NCBI GenBank assembly: GCA_028286645.1
Contig: JAQBRF010000004.1
Coordinates: 273,536-337,535, forward strand
Direction of reading: 5' to 3'
DNA length: 64,000 nucleotides
Source of the DNA: Candidatus Nomurabacteria bacterium
GTDB taxonomy: Bacteria > Patescibacteriota > Minisyncoccia > Phycocordibacterales > UBA5272
The notes under the pieces were generated by a model, which was given only the letters and a program-made list of their open reading frames with translations, searched no databases and was not told the origin of the DNA. Both the position numbers and the translations under genes were made by a program. This document shows positions 27,290-36,968 of the stretch, in pieces. Positions within the stretch are counted from its first letter, which is position 1, and every line of letters starts with the position of its first letter.

Positions 27290-30208
27290 TTAGTTTCCGT
27301 ATGTCGCCTTTATCATTGCCCGTGACATTGCTCCGAAGTATCCAGTATTTGGAAGCTTCATTGCCTTTTGCCACTTAGCAACTGCTGCGCGAGTCAATCC
27401 TCCGAAGTATCCTGTAGGTGCATCGAGCTTTAGATATCCTCCTGTTATTAAGAATGCTTGAAGATTCGTAACTTCAATTCCTCTTGATCCTAGCATCATG
27501 TTCTTTGTGAAAGAATAAGTTGTGCTTGCTGATACTGGAATTGTAATAGTCATATTAGGAGTTGATGTAGCCCCCGTACTTAAAGTAGTAGTAGCTGCTC
27601 CTAAAACTTGTCCTTGTGGTGTTCCAACTGATCCAGTTGAAAATCCAGATGACGATCCTCCTCCACCGCCGCCACTGCTTACTGATGACCCGCCCCCCCC
27701 TCCGCCTCCGCTAGAAAATGCGACCTGTGTGTAAGCGACGAATGTTGTTAGATGTCTTGTCCAAACGATTAAGTCTGATCCAGAACTTGTTCTACAATCT
27801 TCATCAGCTGCGAGTGTAGGAGTTGAAGTTGAAGTACATGTCGCATTGATATCAGTAATTACTCCGCCACGTGACCAAGCTACTTTAGATCCTGAAAGTC
27901 CAGCGAAAGTAAGCTTTAATGGAATGTCTAAACTTAATGCATTACCAGCTAAACCTAATTCAACTGCTGCTTGAATGGTAAGAATTGTGTTAGGGAAAGC
28001 ATTTATTGTAAACCCAGTAGTTGTCGCTGTAGGGAATGTAAATGTTCCATCCCATGAAGATGTACCGGTAATTGTAGTTCCTATTGCTAATTCCATGGTT
28101 ACTGCTACATTTGTTCCGTTATTATTTGCAATAGCAGATGAACTTGTTGACGTAGTTGTTGTAATGGATGATGTGGTTGTTCCATTGTTATATCGGATAG
28201 CAATCATATCTTTCGTTGTGTACCATGGAGAAAAAGTTACTTCATCGTAAACAGACGCCCCATTTCCACGTGGATTTTTTGTGGTATTTGTGGGCCCTGA
28301 AATATTTCCCCACCAGTTTCTAGCTGCGTTAATCGACGCGTTTGTAATGGGTCCGCCATTTCCATCATCGGAAGCAACCCCTTCAGTTATGTTAGATCCA
28401 AATATATTGTTGGTAATAGTTGCAGAAACTGTTCCTTTTTCTAAGGCAATAGCTTGATTTAAGTCGTGGAAATTATTGCTAGTAATAGTAGTCGATGAAT
28501 TATCTGTGGTTGCATAATATGATCCTAATACTATTCCTGTGTCTGAAGCATATATTTCATTGTCGTGAATATTTGCAGTTGAATCCCCGGATCCTCCGAA
28601 TGAGCTTATAAAGATTGCAGGAGAAGCCCAGGTAGGAGTTGCTCCTGTAGTAAGAGCATTATGAAGAGTGTTACCATAAATTTCTACGTCTGATCCTCCC
28701 CATAGATTAACTAGATTCTGAACACGACTTGTGCCGTCTACGTTATCTCCTAAAACATCATTTGAATATATCTTTCCAGATGAATTGATGAATCTGATTC
28801 CTCTTTTATCGAATGAAGAGATATTATTATCATGAATAAGTGCATAGCTTCCTCCTATTGTCGTTGAATCTACCTCAACATCATTAGAAGCTGGATTCCA
28901 AATATTCTTTACTGTAAGATTCTTTAATTCTACAGGTGACCCTGAAGTTCCTGAATCATTTACTAAGACACCATAGTCAAATGAATTTGCTCCCTCAGCA
29001 CTACCTCCTCCATTAATATATAGATTGTTTAAGGTTACTCCCTTCGTTCCATTAATCTCTATTATGTAATTTTTGGAATTGTTTCCAGTAATTATAGTAG
29101 AAGTTCCTGCTCCAGTAATAAGAAGAGGTTTATTTATTAACAAACTCTCATTGTATGTTCCTGCTCCAACTTTAACTACATCACTTGATGACGCGTTTTC
29201 GATTGACCAGTCCAAGTTTGAACTTATACTTCGCACATTTGAATATGCACCATAGCTATAATCACGCAATGTGAAAGTTGATTCATCAGAAAGACTTACT
29301 ACGGAAGCGGCAAAGGTATTTGTATCCCAATATGACTTCCAGTCAAATTGTGTATTATCATATCCTCCGCGAGCACGAATATTCCACTTATTTGCTTCTG
29401 TAAATGTGTTTCCTGTAATGACTGCTCCGCCTACTGGGTAAACATACCAAGGCTGTCCTCCGTTACCACTAAAACTGATTCGCCCGTAATCATTGTTTGT
29501 CCCTGTAAATACATTGTTAGTAATATTACGATCTGTAACTGGTGTAGATGATCCAGCGCCACTAGCTAGGCTAATAGTTGCACCATCAGCGAAGATATTA
29601 TTCGTAATTGTGTACTTATTTACTAGTGAATTTGGAGTAAAATCACTTATGTATAATGCAGCTCCGGCAGGATCTGTATCGATAAGTTTAGAATTCTTTA
29701 GGGTAAAGTTATCAGCAATAACTTCAATCGTCTTATTTAGACCAGAGGCATTATTGCCAAAAGTAAATCCAGACAAAGTAATTCCGTCTGCGGCAACAAA
29801 AACTCCGCTAGGACCAAAAGAGTTTGTGGCATTTGTGGTTATCGTCGCTTGTATATCGTTTGGATTAGAAATTACATTTCCTGAAGCATCAACGCCTTGC
29901 ACCGTTACATTTGATGTTCCGAAGAAAAGTCCAAATTGGTATGAGGCACCGTCAACTGTTCGGTTAGATGCAGTTTCGTCGTATGCTCCTGGATAAACAT
30001 TAACTACGTCTCCGGAAATTGCTGCGTCTATTCCTTCTTGAATTGTTGCGAAAGCTGTTAATTGAGAAGTTCCATCATGTACACTTCCAGCAACTGCTTT
30101 ATCAACATATATTGTTGATGCTGAAACTGAAATCGCCCCCACAAACATACTCATTGCAAATAGAACACCTGCTCCGAGACCTAACGCACCCTTTTTATTA
30201 AAAATCAT
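27290..30208 (-). CDS. secreted right-handed beta-helix (pectate-lyase-like) repeat protein with a Gly-rich linker and C-terminal peptidoglycan-binding domain
   Basis: Signal peptide. Many PbH1-like repeats (NNIFADGATISL, IHDNNISS..GIRFINSSG, ITNNIFGSN). GGGGGGGSSVSSGGGGGGSSSG linker. C-terminal LQAFLITGGYLK...TGYFGGLTRAAVAKWQ resembles PG_binding_1. Confidence 0.7.
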   Translation of the reverse strand: MIFNKKGALGLGAGVLFAMSMFVGAISVSASTIYVDKAVAGSVHDGTSQLTAFATIQEGIDAAISGDVVNVYPGAYDETASNRTVDGASYQFGLFFGTSNVTVQGVDASGNVISNPNDIQATITTNATNSFGPSGVFVAADGITLSGFTFGNNASGLNKTIEVIADNFTLKNSKLIDTDPAGAALYISDFTPNSLVNKYTITNNIFADGATISLASGAGSSTPVTDRNITNNVFTGTNNDYGRISFSGNGGQPWYVYPVGGAVITGNTFTEANKWNIRARGGYDNTQFDWKSYWDTNTFAASVVSLSDESTFTLRDYSYGAYSNVRSISSNLDWSIENASSSDVVKVGAGTYNESLLINKPLLITGAGTSTIITGNNSKNYIIEINGTKGVTLNNLYINGGGSAEGANSFDYGVLVNDSGTSGSPVELKNLTVKNIWNPASNDVEVDSTTIGGSYALIHDNNISSFDKRGIRFINSSGKIYSNDVLGDNVDGTSRVQNLVNLWGGSDVEIYGNTLHNALTTGATPTWASPAIFISSFGGSGDSTANIHDNEIYASDTGIVLGSYYATTDNSSTTITSNNFHDLNQAIALEKGTVSATITNNIFGSNITEGVASDDGNGGPITNASINAARNWWGNISGPTNTTKNPRGNGASVYDEVTFSPWYTTKDMIAIRYNNGTTTSSITTTTSTSSSAIANNNGTNVAVTMELAIGTTITGTSSWDGTFTFPTATTTGFTINAFPNTILTIQAAVELGLAGNALSLDIPLKLTFAGLSGSKVAWSRGGVITDINATCTSTSTPTLAADEDCRTSSGSDLIVWTRHLTTFVAYTQVAFSSGGGGGGGSSVSSGGGGGGSSSGFSTGSVGTPQGQVLGAATTTLSTGATSTPNMTITIPVSASTTYSFTKNMMLGSRGIEVTNLQAFLITGGYLKLDAPTGYFGGLTRAAVAKWQKAMKLPNTGYFGAMSRAMIKATYGN

Positions 30209-30453
30209 ATTTTGTTTTTAAACCCTTTTATTTGATAACCACTTTATAATTAAAACTCTTTTTCAACTCACTTAATACCATAAATAATGCACATCGTGCC
30301 TGTATCGTCTAACACTATGCTTATTATCTCTACTTGTCAACATATTTTAGATTTGTAAAGACTTGGCTTTTACTATGACAAAAAGCACTTAAATTTAAAT
30401 AAATTTATATAACTTATTTAAAATTTTTACACTTGATTTTCTATAATTAAAAG

Positions 30454-32148
30454 TTATCTACTCTTTAATGATGCCCTTACCAATCTAATATCTTGATATG
30501 AATACTTTCCTTTAAAGAATTCATACACTGGCGTCAGTTTATCCGTTTCTAATTCTTTAAATGCTTTTTTGATTTTAGTAACATCTTTTTTATCAGGCAA
30601 GATTTTATCAAATGGAATTTTATCTCCGCTTTCTATCAGCTTTTCTATATGTCCTATAATTGTGTCGGTTGATAACTTTCTGCTTTCTCCAATTTCTTTT
30701 ATGGTGAGGCCCTCTTTAATCATCTCTTCTGTTTTAGTGTGTGATGGAATTTTTTCCTGAAGCTCTTCTGCCTCTTCCTCATCAAGCTCCTTTAATGAGC
30801 CGCCATGATTTGTTAAGAATTTATTTTGCATTTCTTCTAGATCAACTTTGCTATATTTTTCTATTGCAGTTTCAGCTTGATCGCTTTTGCTTTGGAAGGT
30901 CTTGTCTGCTTCTCGCACTTCCTCGGCCACCATTAAGGCATTCGGATTAAATCCTTTTAAATAAAGCCCTTTTAAGCCTTTTAAACGAGAAAGTGCCACA
31001 TATCCTTGGCCTGACGCAAACGAGCGACTAAGGTCAATTTCTGCCCTATCAAGGGTCATACCTTGTGACTTATGCACGGTGATAGCCCATGCTAATTTAA
31101 GAGGTATTTGGCTGATCTCTGCCCTTACTTTGCCATCTTCTTCTATTCGCCAAGTGTCCGCATTCACCGTTATTTTCTTTCCCGATACCAACTCCACAAT
31201 GGGAGCGTTATCGTTGTCGAATCCAACTACAGTTCCCATGGAACCATTTACGTATTTTTTATCCGGACTATTTTTTAAACAGATTACTTTTGCTCCGATT
31301 TTTAATTCTAAATTTTCTTCTGCGAGACAGCTATTCTTTAATGATTCAACGACATTTGCTTTCCCTTTAGTCGTCATTGTATATGAGCGGGAATCTCCTT
31401 TAATCTTTTTATATTCTATTTGATTTATTTGATCAACATTTTCATTATGAGTATAAAGTTTAATATGATCTCCTTTATGGCTCTCATTTGCTTCTCGCAA
31501 AAGCTCATAATGCTCTTCATCAATCTCCCCGCTTCTGATTGCATTTAATAAGTCGGACAATTTATCATCAACCTGCCTCCATTGTTCTGTTAAATAGCAG
31601 ACGACCGGCTTAGCCTCTTTCCAGGCGCGCGAGGAAAAAGCAAATACGCTTGGCGGGATACCATCTTCGTATATTTCTTCGACTTGCCTGCCTCCTCTTG
31701 GTGTAAACCTCACCACTGGCGGAAGCTGGAAAAAGTCTCCAGTAAAAACCACCTGTATACCACCGAAGGGACTTTCATTTCTTCTTAAGTGCTTCGCAGC
31801 GCGATCCAGCATATCTACGAAGTTCGCATGAAGCATAGAGACTTCATCGATTATTAAAACTTGGGTTTCATTCCATCTTTTATAAATATTCTGCTTTTCT
31901 TCCATCGCATCTAAATCATACGCATGAAGCTTGTCTTTAATTCCGATCCCGCTCCAAGAATGAATCGTGACGCCGCTTATATGAGTTGATGCGATTCCAG
32001 TAGATGCAGTCACCGCATAGCGCACACCATGACTCCTCAAATATGAAATATATTCTCGAAGTACATATGACTTTCCAGATCCAGCGGCACCAGTGAGAAA
32101 TGTAGTGTGGCCTAATTTAAGAATATTAAGAGCAACAGATTGAGTCAT
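30454..32148 (-). CDS. PIF1/RecD-family ATP-dependent DNA helicase with a C-terminal HTH-like tail
   Basis: Walker A GAAGSGKS, Walker B LIIDEVSM, motif FTGDFFQLPPV, C-terminal VHKSQG (UvrD_C_2-like). Confidence 0.75.
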   Translation of the reverse strand: MTQSVALNILKLGHTTFLTGAAGSGKSYVLREYISYLRSHGVRYAVTASTGIASTHISGVTIHSWSGIGIKDKLHAYDLDAMEEKQNIYKRWNETQVLIIDEVSMLHANFVDMLDRAAKHLRRNESPFGGIQVVFTGDFFQLPPVVRFTPRGGRQVEEIYEDGIPPSVFAFSSRAWKEAKPVVCYLTEQWRQVDDKLSDLLNAIRSGEIDEEHYELLREANESHKGDHIKLYTHNENVDQINQIEYKKIKGDSRSYTMTTKGKANVVESLKNSCLAEENLELKIGAKVICLKNSPDKKYVNGSMGTVVGFDNDNAPIVELVSGKKITVNADTWRIEEDGKVRAEISQIPLKLAWAITVHKSQGMTLDRAEIDLSRSFASGQGYVALSRLKGLKGLYLKGFNPNALMVAEEVREADKTFQSKSDQAETAIEKYSKVDLEEMQNKFLTNHGGSLKELDEEEAEELQEKIPSHTKTEEMIKEGLTIKEIGESRKLSTDTIIGHIEKLIESGDKIPFDKILPDKKDVTKIKKAFKELETDKLTPVYEFFKGKYSYQDIRLVRASLKSR

Positions 32149-32170
32149 AAAAGAATTTTACCATGTAAAA

Positions 32171-32200
32171 AGCGGAGGGCAGCAACGCGCCTCCGCTTTG
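32171..32200 (-). terminator. hairpin GCGGAGG-gcagcaacgcg-CCTCCGC with flanking A5 and T-run (terminator of mini-cassette M)
   Basis: 7-bp GC stem read on the minus strand, followed by TTTTT. Confidence 0.5.
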
Positions 32201-32212
32201 TGTCCTTCCCTA

Positions 32213-32362
32213 CTACCGGCTGAGCCCTGGAAAGGCAAATTCGGGGTTGAGTAAAACAGATATATCCATGCCATCTGGATCGTAGTTGTTCCACCCCGCC
32301 ATCCTCGCGACGCCGATCACCAGAAGGACCACAAAAATTATAAATCTAGCGAGCTCACTCAT
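32213..32362 (-). CDS. 49-aa membrane peptide, GC-rich mini-cassette M (not in the ORF track)
   Basis: ATG 32362 to TAG 32213 reads MSELARFIIFVVLLVIGVARMAGWNNYDPDGMDISVLLNPEFAFPGLSR. G+C-rich island between the helicase and ftsX. RBS-like AGGGGA upstream. Confidence 0.3.
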   Translation of the reverse strand: MSELARFIIFVVLLVIGVARMAGWNNYDPDGMDISVLLNPEFAFPGLSR

Positions 32363-32431
32363 TCCCGTATCCCCTGTTAAAACTAATCGCTTTTACACTA
32401 CTATTTAGACTTATTTATGTCAATCTTATCT

Positions 32432-33358
32432 TTATACCTTAAGATATTTGCGTACAGCCAGCAGAGAGGAAATAATTGATAGAAGCAGTCCGGAAAGAAG
32501 CAGTAATCCTGATAAGGAAAGTATATGAGTTAAATAGTAGGAATTTAGATTCATACCTTCAAAGAAGAAAACTGTTTTCTTCGTAAACCAGATTGTCGCG
32601 GGATAGAAGATCACCAGAGTAATTATAGTAGCCACGACTGCATAAAGAATAGCCTCAACTACGAATGGTCCCCGGATAAACATATTTGAAGCGCCTACCA
32701 GCTTCATAACAGCAATTTCATCTCGATATACGAAAATCGCGAGTCGTATAGTGTTGTATACAATCATACAACTCATCAGTATGAATATAATTGAAAGCCA
32801 AAATCCAACAGTATTAACCCAGCCGATAATATTATTTAATTTATCAATGCTGTCCTTTAGCTGATAATAGTTAATCTGATCCACTGCGCCGGATGCAGAT
32901 GATAAAAGCGGCGAATCTTTAGTTAATTGATTAGCAATGGCTTCGTATTGTGATGTGTCTTTCGCCACTATTGAAAGAGATGCGCCGAATGGGTTAACTC
33001 CTAGCTCATCTAATGCTTGTAAAGTTAATTGATCTCCTGCATGCTTTTGCTTGAAATCTAAAAGTGCCTGCTCTCGAGAAGTATAAGTAACTGCTTTTAC
33101 TTGAGATAGTCCTAGAATCTTAGCTTTTACATCTGTTATTTGTTCTTCTGTAGCATCTGTCGTGAAATAAATCCTTACGTCCACCTTTTCTCTTATTTGA
33201 TCTAATGTATATGTAAATATGGCATGGAAAAGATAAAATGCGGTAATGATAGAAAGCGTAATAGTTAAAATAAAGATAGAAGATAGAGATACTGTGCGGT
33301 TTCTATAAAATCCTCTAAGCCCTGCGGTTACTATTCTTTTGGTAAGTGTAGTTTTCAT
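32432..33358 (-). CDS. ftsX: cell-division ABC transporter permease FtsX
   Basis: 308 aa, four TM helices with a large periplasmic loop. Immediately downstream of ftsE. Confidence 0.7.
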   Translation of the reverse strand: MKTTLTKRIVTAGLRGFYRNRTVSLSSIFILTITLSIITAFYLFHAIFTYTLDQIREKVDVRIYFTTDATEEQITDVKAKILGLSQVKAVTYTSREQALLDFKQKHAGDQLTLQALDELGVNPFGASLSIVAKDTSQYEAIANQLTKDSPLLSSASGAVDQINYYQLKDSIDKLNNIIGWVNTVGFWLSIIFILMSCMIVYNTIRLAIFVYRDEIAVMKLVGASNMFIRGPFVVEAILYAVVATIITLVIFYPATIWFTKKTVFFFEGMNLNSYYLTHILSLSGLLLLSGLLLSIISSLLAVRKYLKV

Positions 33359-33369
33359 TAAAATATTTA

Positions 33370-34050
33370 TTACATTGTAAACTTCCCTGATTTTTGGTCG
33401 CGTGTTATGCGGCCATCCTCCATGGTGATCACTCTTCGTCCTAAATTATCTACAATTCCTTTATTATGAGTGGTTAAAATCACAGTTGTGCCAAGATCAT
33501 TAATTTTCTTTAAGATCTGGACGATATCATATGTATTTAATGGATCTAAGTTTCCGGTAGGCTCGTCCGCTATAATTATTTCGGGACGATTTATAATAGC
33601 TCTCGCGATTGCAACTCTCTGCTGCTCTCCTCCGGATAATTGATGCGGGAAATGATGCATCTTGCTTTTAAGGTCTACCAGATCTAGCACATGCGGAACG
33701 TCTTCTGAAATCTCATCATCGTGTTTGCCAGCTGCTTCCATGGCAAAAGCCACATTTTCATATGCGGTCTTATTCGGGATTAAGCGAAAATCCTGGAAAA
33801 CTACGCCGATCTTTCGCCGATAGTTAGTCATATCATTTCCTCGAAGTTCATGAATATTATCCGAATGAAATGACACAGTACCTTCAGTTGGACCTTCTTC
33901 TGCGAGAAGTAATTTAATAAGAGTGGTTTTACCCGCACCAGAGTGGCCGACAACAGACACTAATTCACCCTTGTGAACTGTGAGAGAAATATTATCAAGC
34001 ACCTTGTTTCCATTAGCGTATTCTTTGGAGACTCTGTCGAAATAAAGCAT
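33370..34050 (-). CDS. ftsE: cell-division ABC transporter ATPase FtsE
   Basis: Walker A GHSGAGKTT, signature LSGGEQQRVAIARA, Walker B IIADEPTGNLD. 226 aa. Confidence 0.85.
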   Translation of the reverse strand: MLYFDRVSKEYANGNKVLDNISLTVHKGELVSVVGHSGAGKTTLIKLLLAEEGPTEGTVSFHSDNIHELRGNDMTNYRRKIGVVFQDFRLIPNKTAYENVAFAMEAAGKHDDEISEDVPHVLDLVDLKSKMHHFPHQLSGGEQQRVAIARAIINRPEIIIADEPTGNLDPLNTYDIVQILKKINDLGTTVILTTHNKGIVDNLGRRVITMEDGRITRDQKSGKFTM

Positions 34051-34104
34051 GGGATAATTATATCACACAGAAAATACGGAATGTGAATAAAAATCTCTAT
34101 TGTT

Positions 34105-34986
34105 TTAGAGGTTTTTCTCCGCTTCTATAAAAGCATCTAGTTCTCCCTTTTCGAGCACAGACTCAACATCGCTTGTCTCGTACTCAGTTCTATGATCTTT
34201 CACCATCTTGTAAGGATGAAGAACATAGCTTCTTATTTGATTTCCCCATTCTATTTCAGTTGTCTTTGAAATCTGCCTTCCTTCAACTTCTGCTTTTCTT
34301 TTCTCTTCATCAAGCTTATAAAGTTTGGCTTGTAATATTTCCATGGCTTTTTTCCTGTTGTGCTCTTGCTGCCGCTCGGTGGCTACATGCACTGAGATGT
34401 TTGTAGGAATATGGACAATCCTCACGGCTGTTTCTCTTTTATTTACATTTTGTCCGCCAGGGCCGCTCGACTTCGAGGTTTCAATTCTTATATCGTCTGG
34501 TGAAATAGGTTTTTGTTCAACATCATGAATGATCGGAAGAAATTCTACTAATGCAAAAGATGTCTGGCGCTTAGAATTAGCATTAAACGGTGAGATGCGC
34601 ACCAAGCGGTGAACTCCTGACTCATTCTTCAATAATCCATACGCGCCTTTTCCTTCAATTTCAATAGTTACATTTCTATACCCGCCGTGATCATTTGTAT
34701 TGCTATGTAGAAGTGAGTATGAGAAGTTTTTATTTGCAATATATTTTTTATACATTTCTAAAAGCATCATGGCAAAATCTTCACTATCGTCCCCTCCCGC
34801 TCCTGCTAAAATAGTTAAAATTGCTCCACCCTTATCAAGAGCGCTCACTCCATCCCGCTTATCCTTAAGATCTTTAATTTGCTTAATTATTTCTTGAGCT
34901 TTATTTTTATCATTCCAAAAGCTTGGCTCATTCATTTGACCCTCTAAATCTTCTATTTGTTTGTTTATGTCATTAGTTGAGTCCAT
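34105..34986 (-). CDS. prfB: peptide chain release factor 2 (N-terminally short, no frameshift site visible)
   Basis: SPF tripeptide (RISPFNANSKRQTSFA) and GGQ motif (SGPGGQNVNK). Confidence 0.85.
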   Translation of the reverse strand: MDSTNDINKQIEDLEGQMNEPSFWNDKNKAQEIIKQIKDLKDKRDGVSALDKGGAILTILAGAGGDDSEDFAMMLLEMYKKYIANKNFSYSLLHSNTNDHGGYRNVTIEIEGKGAYGLLKNESGVHRLVRISPFNANSKRQTSFALVEFLPIIHDVEQKPISPDDIRIETSKSSGPGGQNVNKRETAVRIVHIPTNISVHVATERQQEHNRKKAMEILQAKLYKLDEEKRKAEVEGRQISKTTEIEWGNQIRSYVLHPYKMVKDHRTEYETSDVESVLEKGELDAFIEAEKNL

Positions 34987-34987
34987 G

Positions 34988-35060
34988 AGCCAAGACCGAG
35001 GGTCGAACTCGGGACCTGCGATTTACGATACCGCCGCTCTACCAGCTGAGCTATCTTGGC
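34988..35060 (-). tRNA. tRNA-Thr (anticodon CGU)
   Basis: Minus-strand cloverleaf GCCAAGA...GCTCAGCTGGTAGAGC...GCGGT-ATCGTAA-ATCGC...CCGAG-TTCGACC-CTCGG-TCTTGGC-T. It abuts the prfB start codon. Confidence 0.85.
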
Positions 35061-35063
35061 TTA

Positions 35064-35504
35064 TTATGTAATTAAGTGAGCTTCTTGTACTCTTTTACTA
35101 ATTACCCTGTTTGTTCTTCCATTTCCTTTATTCAATGCTGCATATGTGGGGGATAGTGAATCACAGTTCGGACAGACTAGACGAAGATTGTCTTCGCAAT
35201 TATTTCTCCAGTTACCATCAATGTGATCTGCTACAAGCGGCACTTTACCAGTTTTTAAATTTATTTTGGACCACCCGCATAAACAGCATTCGTTTCTGTA
35301 TTTTCTTCGTAAATACTTTTTTATATGATTATTTACTAATCCTAATTTGTTTAATCCATCCTCAGTTCCTTCCTTCCATCTTTTAATATATTCTTGATAT
35401 TGATATTCAAATTGACATGAATTACTGCAATATTTATATAAAGATCTTGCGGTCTCTTTGTTACAAATTAAACATTTATTTCTAGGTTTCTTTAGGTTTG
35501 GCAT
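35064..35504 (-). CDS. HNH endonuclease with an N-terminal Cys-rich zinc ribbon
   Basis: CLICNK...CSNSC and DHIDGNWRNN...LRLVCPNCD (HNH His-Asn-His/Cys box). Confidence 0.75.
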   Translation of the reverse strand: MPNLKKPRNKCLICNKETARSLYKYCSNSCQFEYQYQEYIKRWKEGTEDGLNKLGLVNNHIKKYLRRKYRNECCLCGWSKINLKTGKVPLVADHIDGNWRNNCEDNLRLVCPNCDSLSPTYAALNKGNGRTNRVISKRVQEAHLIT

Positions 35505-35599
35505 ATACCTCTTTAAGTATATAAACAGTGTAGACCAGAATCAAGTTGATAATCAGGTCGTAAGTTAAACCCATTTTCAACTTAACTGATTCTAACACA

Positions 35600-36769
35600 T
35601 TATCCCTTTCTCTTATTAGGCTTTGGCTTTCCGAAATACCTTTTTCCTTTTAACTTCTCTGGCATAAGATCTTCATTTGTATACCTTTCATAATCTTCCC
35701 CGTATCCTAAGTCTTTCATTAACTTTGTCGGAGCATTTCGTATACTCATTGCTATCGGAAGGTTCCCGTATTTCTTTGCGTCCGACAATGCTTCCATATA
35801 AGAATCATAAACGTCTTTTGTTTTTGGAGCATTTGATAAATAAGCTACACCGTGAGCTAGATTTATTCCACATTCCGGGAGTCCTATTACTTCAACCGCG
35901 CGAAATACTGCATTTGCTACCACAAGCGCATAAGGATCAAGCATGCCGATATCTTCGGACGCGAATATCACCATTCTTCGCGCTATAAATTTGGGGTCCT
36001 CACCGGATTCGATCATGCGTGCCATATAATACAGTGCTGCGTCTGGCTGAGATGCCCGCATGGATTTTATAAAAGCGCTGATTGTATTATAGTGTTCCTC
36101 TCCCTTTTTATCGTATCGCAAATGTTTGGACTGAAGAGTGTTATTTAAATTTTCTACAGTGATATCACCATAAAGGTTCGAAGTATTTTCTATCATCGCA
36201 AGCATGGCCCGCGCATCTCCGCCTGACATTTCTATTAGCCAAGAAATAGCCTTTTCATCTAATTGATGGCTTGTCCGAGAAATTATCTTTCTAATATCAT
36301 CTTCTTTTAATTCTTCTAAAACAAATACTCGACAGCGGGATAGTAGCGCAGGAATTACTTCGAAGCTTGGGTTCTCGGTAGTCGCACCTATTAAGACAAG
36401 CTCGCCGCGCTCAACATATGGAAGCAGAAAATCCTGCTGAGCTTTATTGAATCTGTGTATCTCATCCAGAAATAAAATCTTCGGACCAAAAAGAGTGGAT
36501 CCATGACCTTTGTTATTTTCAACTATTTTCCGTATATCATCTTTTCCAGCAGAGACTGCGGATAGTTCGTGATATTCCGCATTAATTGCTTGTGCATAAA
36601 TTCTTGCAAGCGTAGTCTTACCAACTCCAGGTGGTCCCCAAAGAATAAACGAAAACACATGCTTTTTTTCAATAGCAATTCTGATGGGTTTATCCGGACC
36701 CACTAAATGTTCTTGTCCGACAAACTCATCTAAACTTTTCGGACGAAGTGATGATGCTAGCGGTTCCAT
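35600..36769 (-). CDS. rarA: replication-associated recombination protein A (AAA+ ATPase RarA/MgsA)
   Basis: Walker [10 protein letters not shown], Walker [13 protein letters not shown], sensor ATTENP, arginine finger LLSRCRVF, MgsA C-terminal domain. Confidence 0.85.
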   Translation of the reverse strand: MEPLASSLRPKSLDEFVGQEHLVGPDKPIRIAIEKKHVFSFILWGPPGVGKTTLARIYAQAINAEYHELSAVSAGKDDIRKIVENNKGHGSTLFGPKILFLDEIHRFNKAQQDFLLPYVERGELVLIGATTENPSFEVIPALLSRCRVFVLEELKEDDIRKIISRTSHQLDEKAISWLIEMSGGDARAMLAMIENTSNLYGDITVENLNNTLQSKHLRYDKKGEEHYNTISAFIKSMRASQPDAALYYMARMIESGEDPKFIARRMVIFASEDIGMLDPYALVVANAVFRAVEVIGLPECGINLAHGVAYLSNAPKTKDVYDSYMEALSDAKKYGNLPIAMSIRNAPTKLMKDLGYGEDYERYTNEDLMPEKLKGKRYFGKPKPNKRKG

Positions 36770-36773
36770 ATAA

Positions 36774-36813
36774 ATAGTTTACAGTTTTCAGTTAGCAGTT
36801 TCCAGTAAACACA
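36774..36813 (-). promoter_or_regulatory. conserved ~38-nt leader element abutting the rarA start codon (copy 1 of 2)
   Basis: Minus strand reads TTTACTGGAAACTGCTAACTGAAAACTGTAAACTATTTAT-ATG. It is near-identical to the leader of msrB (62571..62612). Contains GTTTAC...GTAAAC inverted ends and AACTG repeats. No SD. Confidence 0.45.
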
Positions 36814-36884
36814 AATACCTATAACATTGCGTTCTATTCCATTCCTAGACACACTTAACTTCTATATTTATAAGGGATTATACC

Positions 36885-36913
36885 TTGACTTTACTGATAT
36901 ATATGATATACTA
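36885..36913 (+). promoter_or_regulatory. sigma70-like promoter TTGACT-16-TATACT for GC cassette G
   Basis: Consensus-like hexamers about 55 bp upstream of ATG 36969. RBS CAGGAGAC follows. Confidence 0.4.
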
Positions 36914-36968
36914 TAATACATAGGGTCCCTCGCCCAGAAAATGAGGATTTTACAGGAGACTTACTCTA

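Noticed and set aside
34105-34986. Programmed +1 frameshift in prfB
   Set aside because: The CTT TGA C-type site and the upstream exon are absent. The tRNA-Thr gene starts 2 nt upstream of the ATG, leaving no room for a 5' exon.
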